From: Polyangiaceae bacterium
Lineage (GTDB): Bacteria > Myxococcota_A > Polyangia > Polyangiales > Polyangiaceae
Length of the DNA stretch: 64,000 bases
Direction of reading: 5' to 3'
Assembly: GCA_050287085.1 (NCBI GenBank)
Contig: JBNKBE010000003.1
Coordinates: 207,350 to 271,349 of the forward strand
A program made the translations under genes and the position numbers. This document shows positions 1 through 7,880 of the stretch, in pieces (the first letter of the stretch is position 1; each line of letters opens with the position of its first letter). A model generated the notes under the pieces. That model was given only the letters and a program-made list of their open reading frames with translations. It made no database searches and had not been told where the DNA came from.

Positions 1-42
1 CCACGTCTGCTCCTGCTGGCAAGTGCCCGACCGTATGAGGTG

Positions 43-699
43 CTATTCAAAGTTGGGCAACCCCTCCAGCGGATCTGGGGCAGGATACGACGCGAGAATC
101 GAGAGCGCATAATAGCGGTAGCGATGTACAATCGTGTCCCAGTCCGGCGCAGGGAGACTACGCAGCACGCACTTCGCCGCCGCTTTGGCCTGAGGACCTC
201 GCCACTGACCGCTGGCACCCGCAAAAACATTGAGTCGCTTCTTCGTGAAGTCCGCCGTCAGCACGAAGTTGATGGTGCCGTCTTTGCCCGTCTGTGGAGC
301 GCAGTCGATGGTCTTCTCGATGGCGGTTCGCAGCGCCGCCTCAAAGGCCGGCAAGCGATCGCATAAGTTGCCCTCATTGCCGTCACGATTGGGTGCAGCA
401 CTGCACTTGACGCGTTGTGGGGCGCCAAGCTTCACCCTCAGCGTCGGAGCCCCTGCATCGACCGAAGAGCGGATCAATCCCCGGGTTGCAACCTTGGGCC
501 CGTCGGAGTCCTTCGCCGAACCGGTGGGTGACGGTCGCCTCAAGAAGTAGACGGGCACCGCCACTACGAGCAGAACAAATACCAAAGCGACAACCAGCTG
601 AGCGCGGAGCGGACGTTCGGCGCTCTGGGCCGAACCTACGCCGAGTCGACGGAGGTTGGGTTCGCTGGGTGCCGGAAATGAGGGTCGTGAGGCGGCCAT
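43..699 (-). CDS. Hypothetical single-pass membrane protein with Cys-containing C-terminal domain (AgmX/PglI- or TonB_C-like)
   Basis: TM segment LVVALVFVLLVVAVPVYFL then RR; C-terminal part ..IDCAPQTGKDGTINFVLTADF..AAAKCVLRSL.. has the helix-strand-strand-helix pattern of myxobacterial TonB_C-like domains. Confidence 0.6.
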   Translation of the reverse strand: MAASRPSFPAPSEPNLRRLGVGSAQSAERPLRAQLVVALVFVLLVVAVPVYFLRRPSPTGSAKDSDGPKVATRGLIRSSVDAGAPTLRVKLGAPQRVKCSAAPNRDGNEGNLCDRLPAFEAALRTAIEKTIDCAPQTGKDGTINFVLTADFTKKRLNVFAGASGQWRGPQAKAAAKCVLRSLPAPDWDTIVHRYRYYALSILASYPAPDPLEGLPNFE

Positions 700-786
700 A
701 TCAAGTTCCCCTCGCAGCCGAGGCTATCAGGTAATGGCAGTGCTGGCGACCCCGGCTCGACCGCGCGGCCTGGTCGTGAACCAGAC

Positions 787-2484
787 TCAGGCGGAACGCC
801 CGAGCAGCGTCCGAGCATCCGTGCCCGGTCGACCCTCGGCAATACGTGCGGCCAAGGTGAGCGACTCCGGCATCGAGCCCTGGACTTGCGAGACGACTTG
901 CTCAACGACGTGCCGCACCTCATCCGTGCTCGGTCCCGTCATCACGACACCAAAGCTCAGCGGTCCGGTTTGCCCTGCCGTAACCGGGATAATGCTCAGA
1001 ACAAGCACCTCCGTGAGTTCGATCACGCGCTGAGCAGCCCTTCGGAGGGCCAACATCTCCAGAATTGTGGGACGGTCGGAAACCAGATGATTCGGGCTTC
1101 TCACCTCATAGATAGCAACGTGAAGCGGGATAGCATCCCACTCGGCAAAGGCGATCTCACTTGTGGTGGCCTCGACAAACGCATCGCGACTCAACAACCC
1201 GGTCAGACCGCTGCGACGAGAAAGGTACTCACACGCTCGGCGGTGTTGCGGTGAATCGATTTCAAAGCTCACCAGCTTGACGCGGCACTCCCCAAGCTGC
1301 ACCTCGCCGCCGTGCAGAAGCGTCACGTTCTGCTTTCGGTCGTAGCTATGATCCGCATAGGTGCCGTTCGTGCTCCCGCGGTCTTGGATCTGCCATGAAC
1401 CGCTTTGCCAACGCATGACGGCATGAGTCCCCGACACTGTCGCTTCCGGCATACAGATGTCCTGATCGCTGCGACGCCCGATGGTCAGCTCGGGCGATAG
1501 CAATGGGAACAACTGCCCCGCCAGGTCCCTTGCGTTGCTGGCAAAGGTGACCAGAAGCGACTGGGCCCCAGGCGTGAACTGCTGCGCTACAGAACGCCCC
1601 AGCGGTGGACCAGGCGAAATGCGCTCCCTCGGAATTTGCGCCTGACTGGTCGTCAGGGCCATGGGATTGAAGAAACGCAGCCGGCGCGCCCGGGGACGTC
1701 GCGCCGGGTCAGACGAGAGCGCTCGGAAGATCTGTTTGACCTCGTCGATGGATAGCCCCGCCGGAACGTCAAACATGATCTGCGTCCGCATGGGCTTGGA
1801 ATGGGGCTTGTACCCAGGCTCGGGTACGCGGCACGTCCACATTTCGAGCAGGGTCAGCCCCAATGCGTAGATATCGTCTTCGATGCTTGCCCCCCCCGAG
1901 CGAAGACGTTCCGGCGCCATGTAGTTTGGCGTCCCCCCGTCGGGCGGAGCTCCTGGACGCCGGGCACTGAGCCGCGCGCGCTCCTGGGCAAAGCCGAAAT
2001 CCAGAATGACGGCCCGCTCCGGCGTGATCATGACGTTGCCGGGCTTGAGATCGCCGTGCACCAGTCCTTGAGCGTGAATAGCTGCCAAACCGGCTGCCGT
2101 TTCGCCCGCAATTTGCCGAAACTCGTCCGCCGTGTAGCCGCCCTTGGCTTTCTTTCTGCGGATATGAGTGTGCAGCGTCTGCCCTTGAATGTGCTCCATC
2201 ACCAGGATGGGGCCCCACGGACTCGGCGCCAAGTCGTGTACACGACAGACGTTGGGGTGCCCCACACTGCGAGCGAGCAAGAGCTCCTGGCGGAGCGCCT
2301 CGTCGTCCCCGGGCATACGCGACTCCTCGCGCACCACCTTGAGGGCTACAGCCTGCTGTGTGCTACGATCGTAGGCGGCGAATACCTCGCCCATACCGCC
2401 TTTGCCCAGGCTCTCACGGATCTCGTAGCGGTCGTTGACGACCGTTCCCGGCTGAAGCGGAGGTTTGCTTTTGTTCGGCGGCAT
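787..2484 (-). CDS. Ser/Thr protein kinase with FHA domain and degenerate GGDEF-like C-terminus
   Basis: GKGGMGEV, VALK, HGDLKPGN, DFG, GTPNYMAPE; FHA motifs TIGRR, VSGTHA, DRGSTNGT; C-terminal SGLTGLLSR resembles the GGDEF N-terminal DxLTGLxNR. Confidence 0.9.
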   Translation of the reverse strand: MPPNKSKPPLQPGTVVNDRYEIRESLGKGGMGEVFAAYDRSTQQAVALKVVREESRMPGDDEALRQELLLARSVGHPNVCRVHDLAPSPWGPILVMEHIQGQTLHTHIRRKKAKGGYTADEFRQIAGETAAGLAAIHAQGLVHGDLKPGNVMITPERAVILDFGFAQERARLSARRPGAPPDGGTPNYMAPERLRSGGASIEDDIYALGLTLLEMWTCRVPEPGYKPHSKPMRTQIMFDVPAGLSIDEVKQIFRALSSDPARRPRARRLRFFNPMALTTSQAQIPRERISPGPPLGRSVAQQFTPGAQSLLVTFASNARDLAGQLFPLLSPELTIGRRSDQDICMPEATVSGTHAVMRWQSGSWQIQDRGSTNGTYADHSYDRKQNVTLLHGGEVQLGECRVKLVSFEIDSPQHRRACEYLSRRSGLTGLLSRDAFVEATTSEIAFAEWDAIPLHVAIYEVRSPNHLVSDRPTILEMLALRRAAQRVIELTEVLVLSIIPVTAGQTGPLSFGVVMTGPSTDEVRHVVEQVVSQVQGSMPESLTLAARIAEGRPGTDARTLLGRSA

Positions 2485-2652
2485 CGCACAACAACTGGAT
2501 TTGACGGGTCAAAACCAGCGCCGAGCGTCCACGATTTGCCTCACTTGCGCAATCGCAGAGATCCGTTTTCATGCACTGCCAGCACCGGACACCTGACCGG
2601 TAGTTGGCCGCCCCAAACCGGGCGTCTGGGCGCCCCGACTAGGACCACGTGC

Positions 2653-2667
2653 TGGCGGCTCTTATGC
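2653..2667 (+). promoter_or_regulatory. Candidate sigma54 (-24/-12) promoter
   Basis: TGGCGGCTCTTATGC has GG-N10-GC spacing, 20 nt upstream of the ATG at 2687. Confidence 0.3.
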
Positions 2668-2686
2668 GCCCGAAGCATACTTAAAT

Positions 2687-2941
2687 ATGAGCTTCAGCAC
2701 GCCAACCATTCCAATGCTGCTGGTGTTCGCAATGGTAGGCACGGTAGCGTGTGTGAGCGCTCCAAAACCCCGACCGGTGCGTGCGCCTCATGCGGAACGC
2801 ACCCCAAGACACCCCGCCAGAGAAGCTCCTGCCCTGGTGGCGCCGCCGCCTGCCTATGGCAACCGCGTAGTGCTTGCGCCCACGCCTTCCGGCTCGGTGT
2901 ATGCGGTCCGCGCCCAGCCCACGCCCGGGGGCTATCACTGA
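2687..2941 (+). CDS. Small putative lipoprotein
   Basis: Hydrophobic LLVFAMVGT followed by VA-C lipobox-like motif; Pro-rich mature part; fills a gap between two minus-strand genes. Start could be 2714. Confidence 0.45.
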   Translation: MSFSTPTIPMLLVFAMVGTVACVSAPKPRPVRAPHAERTPRHPAREAPALVAPPPAYGNRVVLAPTPSGSVYAVRAQPTPGGYH

Positions 2942-2975
2942 GAGGGCGTGCCCGTGAGTCGACCTTGGCGGGGCG

Positions 2976-4151
2976 CTAGTCTACGCAGACAGCAACCCGC
3001 CCCCAGTCCGCTCCGCCTCGGTTGTCGCGAAGCACCGCCCACAAATACGCCAGCCCCTTCTGACGCGGAGGAATCCACTCGGTCCCTACGTCCGACTGGA
3101 AACCGGCGACGACGTCGTTCACCAACCGAACGTCGCTGCTGAAGGAGCCCCGATCGGCGTGGAATGAAACCCACAACTGCTCATCAACGGGGTCGTCCGG
3201 GGTACGCGTAAGAAGCCAGTCCACCCCGACCGAATCCGCGCTGATCTTGGGACGAAGCTCGAGTTTGTCGCAGTCCGCCGGCTGCTCCGGATCAGGACAG
3301 GCTCTAATCGTAACCTCGCTGCCGTCACAACGGCGTGATGTGGCCGGGTCAACGGGAGCGCAGTCCGTCCCTAGACAGATAGAGTCGTCCACGCTCGTCC
3401 ACTTTCGCCCTCGCATGACCTCAAAACCCTCCACCACCGGGTTGTCGTTGGCGATCGACTCGTAGGCAAAAAGCGTGGTGTAACCCACCACGAACTTCTC
3501 CGAGCTCACCGGCTTACCAGCGCGGTCATAGCAGGCAATCGGAAACTCATCACCGCCGCCGTCGCCGAACCACAAGCGTCCAGCGCATGCCGCAAAAAAG
3601 ACGTGTTCGAGACCGTAGCGCGGACGCTTGGGATCAGTCGACGGCGGATGGGTCGCGATCAGGTCTTCAGGTATCTGAGTGCTGAAACTCTCCCCAAAGC
3701 CAAACGACAGACCTTCCCGCTGGAGAGCGCTTCCACGCGACGCCGCGAAGGCCAGCAGCGCGGCCGCGTCGTCGGCTTCATCCTCCGGCAGTGGAGGTGG
3801 TCTGAACGAATCAAACGCGCCTTGGAGAACGGCCACGCACGCCGCGTACAAGTCCTTTGGCGGATTGCGACAGCCTCCCAACCACAGAACACTGACGGTC
3901 TCATTCTCGTCTGTAGTTTCGTTATTGTAGAGAAGCCGCAATTCAACAGTGTCACCCGGTCGGGCGTAGGGAAGCGACTTCTGCACGCCGATGACTCGAA
4001 GACCATTGAGTTCACTGGCTGCATCAAATTCGACGCCGCATGCCGTCCACATGACACCACAAAGCGAAATGAGAGCACACCGCCGGAAATGCGCCGCGGA
4101 AACACACCACCGTCGCTTTCCCACACCTGCCGCAGTCAGAAGCCAACTCAT
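2976..4151 (-). CDS. Cys-rich lipoprotein partner of the TonB-dependent receptor
   Basis: ATG overlaps the receptor stop (TGATG); LISLCGVMWTA-C lipobox-like motif; C-terminal LWAVLRDNRGG; many Cys. The ORF-track start at 4271 lies inside the upstream gene. Confidence 0.75.
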   Translation of the reverse strand: MSWLLTAAGVGKRRWCVSAAHFRRCALISLCGVMWTACGVEFDAASELNGLRVIGVQKSLPYARPGDTVELRLLYNNETTDENETVSVLWLGGCRNPPKDLYAACVAVLQGAFDSFRPPPLPEDEADDAAALLAFAASRGSALQREGLSFGFGESFSTQIPEDLIATHPPSTDPKRPRYGLEHVFFAACAGRLWFGDGGGDEFPIACYDRAGKPVSSEKFVVGYTTLFAYESIANDNPVVEGFEVMRGRKWTSVDDSICLGTDCAPVDPATSRRCDGSEVTIRACPDPEQPADCDKLELRPKISADSVGVDWLLTRTPDDPVDEQLWVSFHADRGSFSSDVRLVNDVVAGFQSDVGTEWIPPRQKGLAYLWAVLRDNRGGADWGRVAVCVD

Positions 4152-6874
4152 CAGAATTCTCCTCGTAAGCCCAGACTCGGTATGATTGGCAGACCAGTTT
4201 GGACTGTGCTCTTCGAGTAGTCGAAGTTGTAGCTCACCCCTTCCACCGCCGCGTTGTTGTAGGCGTTCCAAACGTCAACATAGCCCACGACCCTGAAGTC
4301 TCGAAACTGCCAGGTCTTCTCGATGCGGACATCCAGTTGATTGAAGAGCGGGAGACGACGCGAGTTGAGCTGTCCTTGAATCGGAACGTATGAACCAACG
4401 TCGGCCACGTAGATCGACGGGACCTGCGCCCCCGTACGCACTGGCGTGTAGTTGTTGCCCGACACGATGCGGAAGCGGGCCCCTAGCTCCCATCCGCCGC
4501 CCAGACGATAGCTGCCCAGGGCCGTGAGAATATGTGTTTGGTCGAACTGAAAAGGACGCTCGGCTTCGTCCGGCGCACTGCGACGAGTGCTCTTCGATAA
4601 CGTGTACGCGAGCCATCCGAAGAAGCGTCCATCAGACTTATAGCGCAGCAATGTCTCGGCGCCGATGACCCTTCCGCTGCCCTGATTGGTGTAGGGTGAT
4701 CCCCCGACGACCAGATTGTCGAGCTCCTTCAGGTACGCCTCCAAGCTCACGTCCAAGAACTCGCTGAGGCCTTGTTCGACGCCCACCGAAAAGTGCGCCG
4801 AGCGATTGCTCTGAACCCCCCAGGTTCCAAAGATCGGATCGAGCTGCTGAGGCTGCGGGGGCTGATAAAACAACCCGGCGCCGCCCTTGACCACGGTCTT
4901 GAGCGGCACAACGCCGTCGCTATCTGCATCGCTGTCGATCCCTCGCAGCGTGTAGCGCGCGGTGACTCGGGGGCTGAGGTTCGTCTGCTCGTTTTGATTG
5001 TTGTAGTCAACGCGCGCGCCCGGCACGATCAGCCAACGTTCGGTCGGCTGCAACTCGAAGTCTGCGTACGCTGCGGGTTGGAAGAACGCCCCCGTAGACT
5101 CGGTCTCCAATACCGGCTCGCTCGAAATGACCCGCGGCGTGTTGTCTGAAGGATCAGGCGGCAACGGAGCTCGCACACGCACGTCAAAAAACGTGGACAG
5201 CAGGTCCATCCCCACGTTGACCTTCACCCCATCAGTCAGCGTCCAGCCGAGCTCTGTTCGCTGGACGAGAGGATACGAGTCCAAATTGAAGAGCACCGGA
5301 CCGAGGGAAAAGCGCACCCGATCCCGGCCGAAGCTCGCAGTCGCGGCCATTTCCAACTTTGGTGTGAACTGGTGTTCGTACACCGCCTGTCCTCGATAGA
5401 ACGCGTTGGCGAATGATAGCGTGCCCGAGAACGCTGGCTCCTGCGCCGACGGTTCTGACACCAAGATCTTGAGAGCATCGTCGGTCCCATAGAACTGCAA
5501 GCGCAATTTGGAGCGCCTGGTCGGATGCGTCTCCGCGATGAGCTGGTAGTCATTGTATACCGGCGCCGCGGAAACTCCGGCGCCGGCTTGTTCCAATACC
5601 GGTTTGAGCCAAACGTCCACCCAGCTGCGACGCCCCCCGACGGCGAATGTCCACTTGTCGCCGAGAGGCCCCCGCAGGAAGAACCTAGTATCGATCAGAT
5701 CGCCCTGGACCATGCCGTGGAAGCATCCGCTTTCATCGCTAGGCACCCCATAGTCCGCCGTGCATTCCGTTTCAGGTGAACGCAACTTGACGTCGACAAT
5801 CCCCGCCATCGCGCGGCCGTACTTCACACCGAAGTTTCCCGGATAGAAGTCGATCCGATCGAGTAGCTCGGTGGGGATGACGGAGCTCAAACCGCCAAAG
5901 TGGTAAATCAGCGGGACCAGCGTACCGTCCACGAGCCCTTGAGTATCCTGGGGTGCCGAGCCACGCACAATCAGCACACCGGCAAGCCCCGGCGGGCGCG
6001 CCACACCGGGCAGGCTCTGCAGAGAGCGCAGAGCATCGCCCCCGGTCCCGGGAACCTTGGAGATCTCACGTCGGTCCAAGGTACGACGAGTTACCTCCCG
6101 CGGGGGTCGTTCACCTACAACGATTACTTCGTCTATCTCGCTCCTGGGGCTCAGACGCAGCGTCAAGGCTGTCGCCTCGCCCAAGGAGACCTCCTCAGTC
6201 GTGGTCAGTGGCTCGTAGCCATCGGCGGAAACGACCACTTCGTATTGGCTCGGCGGCAAGCCCACCAGAGACCAGGCGCCGTTCTCATCCGAAATCGCCT
6301 CATAGCCGATCCCCCCCTCTGCGATCACGGTTACAACGGCTCCGGGGAGCGGCTCCTCCGAGCCGGCGATCAGCAATCGCCCCTCCAAGTTACCACCCGC
6401 CGCCGCCGCCAGGGCCGTCACCGCCGGCGGCGGCGACTCCGAAGAGGGCGGCTCAAAGACATAGGTGAAGGGAATGTACACCTCCCGCGCGCGCCCCCCC
6501 ACGAGGGCCGGCGTGAATACGCTCCGGCGCAACGCTTCGAGTGCGGCTGCACGGAGTGCCACCGCACCGTCCGGTCCCGGCCCATCGGATTCGAGAGCCA
6601 CCGCGTCACCGACGCTTCCGTCCTCACGCACTAGGACCTTCAGTTTCACACTGAGTGGCGCTGTCAATGCCGCCCGCGCCGGCGAATCCACCTCAGCCAG
6701 ATAGAGTAGACGTGGCAAGACAACTTGGGGCTTCGCTGGCGTCCCAGCTGCTGGCAGGGCGGACCCCGCAGAAGCTGGAACCGACTGCGCCACCGCGATC
6801 GGGGAAAACCCGAGCAGCGTCACCCCCGTGAGAACCGAAAACGCGGCCCGGATCCTGTACTTGCGTGCTGCCAT
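4151..6874 (-). CDS. TonB-dependent receptor with N-terminal TonB_C and carboxypeptidase-regulatory-like domains (MxcH-like architecture)
   Basis: Signal peptide ending AVA-Q; TonB_C pattern VLVREDGSV..AALEALRRSVFTPA; plug motifs SLPGV, IVRG, IDFYPGNFGVKYG; beta-barrel ending GLRGEF. Alternative GTG start at 6946. Confidence 0.9.
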   Translation of the reverse strand: MAARKYRIRAAFSVLTGVTLLGFSPIAVAQSVPASAGSALPAAGTPAKPQVVLPRLLYLAEVDSPARAALTAPLSVKLKVLVREDGSVGDAVALESDGPGPDGAVALRAAALEALRRSVFTPALVGGRAREVYIPFTYVFEPPSSESPPPAVTALAAAAGGNLEGRLLIAGSEEPLPGAVVTVIAEGGIGYEAISDENGAWSLVGLPPSQYEVVVSADGYEPLTTTEEVSLGEATALTLRLSPRSEIDEVIVVGERPPREVTRRTLDRREISKVPGTGGDALRSLQSLPGVARPPGLAGVLIVRGSAPQDTQGLVDGTLVPLIYHFGGLSSVIPTELLDRIDFYPGNFGVKYGRAMAGIVDVKLRSPETECTADYGVPSDESGCFHGMVQGDLIDTRFFLRGPLGDKWTFAVGGRRSWVDVWLKPVLEQAGAGVSAAPVYNDYQLIAETHPTRRSKLRLQFYGTDDALKILVSEPSAQEPAFSGTLSFANAFYRGQAVYEHQFTPKLEMAATASFGRDRVRFSLGPVLFNLDSYPLVQRTELGWTLTDGVKVNVGMDLLSTFFDVRVRAPLPPDPSDNTPRVISSEPVLETESTGAFFQPAAYADFELQPTERWLIVPGARVDYNNQNEQTNLSPRVTARYTLRGIDSDADSDGVVPLKTVVKGGAGLFYQPPQPQQLDPIFGTWGVQSNRSAHFSVGVEQGLSEFLDVSLEAYLKELDNLVVGGSPYTNQGSGRVIGAETLLRYKSDGRFFGWLAYTLSKSTRRSAPDEAERPFQFDQTHILTALGSYRLGGGWELGARFRIVSGNNYTPVRTGAQVPSIYVADVGSYVPIQGQLNSRRLPLFNQLDVRIEKTWQFRDFRVVGYVDVWNAYNNAAVEGVSYNFDYSKSTVQTGLPIIPSLGLRGEF

Positions 6875-7067
6875 ATTTGCGGTGTCCCTCGACGCTTCCA
6901 CGGGTAGTGCGATCAGACAGGGGCGGCAAGAGCGTTTCGTTGGCACAAGCTCCTTTCAAGGACGAAATTTGGCCTCTTGCTCAGCCTGCCGCCGTCGCTG
7001 AACCGGACCCGTCGGAAGCCTGAACTTCGGCTTGAGCTTGGGACGGAGCCTCCGCTAGGGCGACGCT

Positions 7068-7838
7068 GTGAAAGTCGCATCTTGGAACGTCAACTCCCTG
7101 CGTGCACGCGAGGGACATGTAATCGCCTGGCTCAAGCGCGAGCAGCCGGACGTGCTGTGCATGCAAGAGACCAAAGTTGTGGATGATGAGTTCCCCACCG
7201 AGGCGTTTCAGCGCCTTGGTTATGGCGTGATGATGGCCGGCGAAAAGAGCTACAATGGCGTCGCCATCGCGTCGCGGAAATTGATTCGCAACGTACGCGT
7301 AGGACTCGAAGGGGCCCCGCCGGACGCTGAGAGGCGCCTGATTGCGGCCAAGGTCGGCAAGCTGCAGCTGATCAACTGCTACGTCCCAAACGGACAATCG
7401 CTGGAGTCGGCTCAATTCGAACACAAGCTTCAGTGGCTTGATCGGCTCAAGGACTCGCTCAGCGCCTGGACCGATCCCGAGCGAGACGTCTTAGTGTGCG
7501 GGGACTTCAATATCGCTGCCGACGAGCGAGACCTATTTGACCCCGAGGCGTTTCGGGGTCAAACCCACTTTCATCCTTTGGAACACCAGCGACTCGCCGC
7601 CCTCAAACAGTGGGGTTTGGTCGACCTATTCCGTTCTCGTCACGACGGAGCGGGCCTATATTCCTGGTGGGACTACCGTGGGGGAGCATTTCGCAAGAAC
7701 GAGGGACTGCGGATCGACTACATCTTCACAACTCCCGGGTTGGCCAGACGCTGTCGCGAGGTGTACATCGACAGTGATGAACGAGGACGGGAAAAGCCCT
7801 CTGACCATGCTCCCGTCGTCGCGGTCTTCGACGACTGA
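7068..7838 (+). CDS. xth: Exodeoxyribonuclease III
   Basis: SWNVNS, MQETK, YNGVA, YVPNG, GDFNIA, YSWWDYR, GLRIDY, SDHAP. Confidence 0.97.
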   Translation: MKVASWNVNSLRAREGHVIAWLKREQPDVLCMQETKVVDDEFPTEAFQRLGYGVMMAGEKSYNGVAIASRKLIRNVRVGLEGAPPDAERRLIAAKVGKLQLINCYVPNGQSLESAQFEHKLQWLDRLKDSLSAWTDPERDVLVCGDFNIAADERDLFDPEAFRGQTHFHPLEHQRLAALKQWGLVDLFRSRHDGAGLYSWWDYRGGAFRKNEGLRIDYIFTTPGLARRCREVYIDSDERGREKPSDHAPVVAVFDD

Positions 7839-7880
7839 AGCGGACAGGCCATTCGAGCCTATAGAGGACTGAGGTCAAGC

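Noticed and set aside
1801..2979. 392-aa plus-strand ORF
   Set aside because: Mostly antisense to the kinase gene; no protein-family features
6947..7067. Cobalamin riboswitch or Fur box ahead of the TonB-dependent receptor
   Set aside because: The region is short and shows neither B12-box motifs nor an AT-rich Fur dyad
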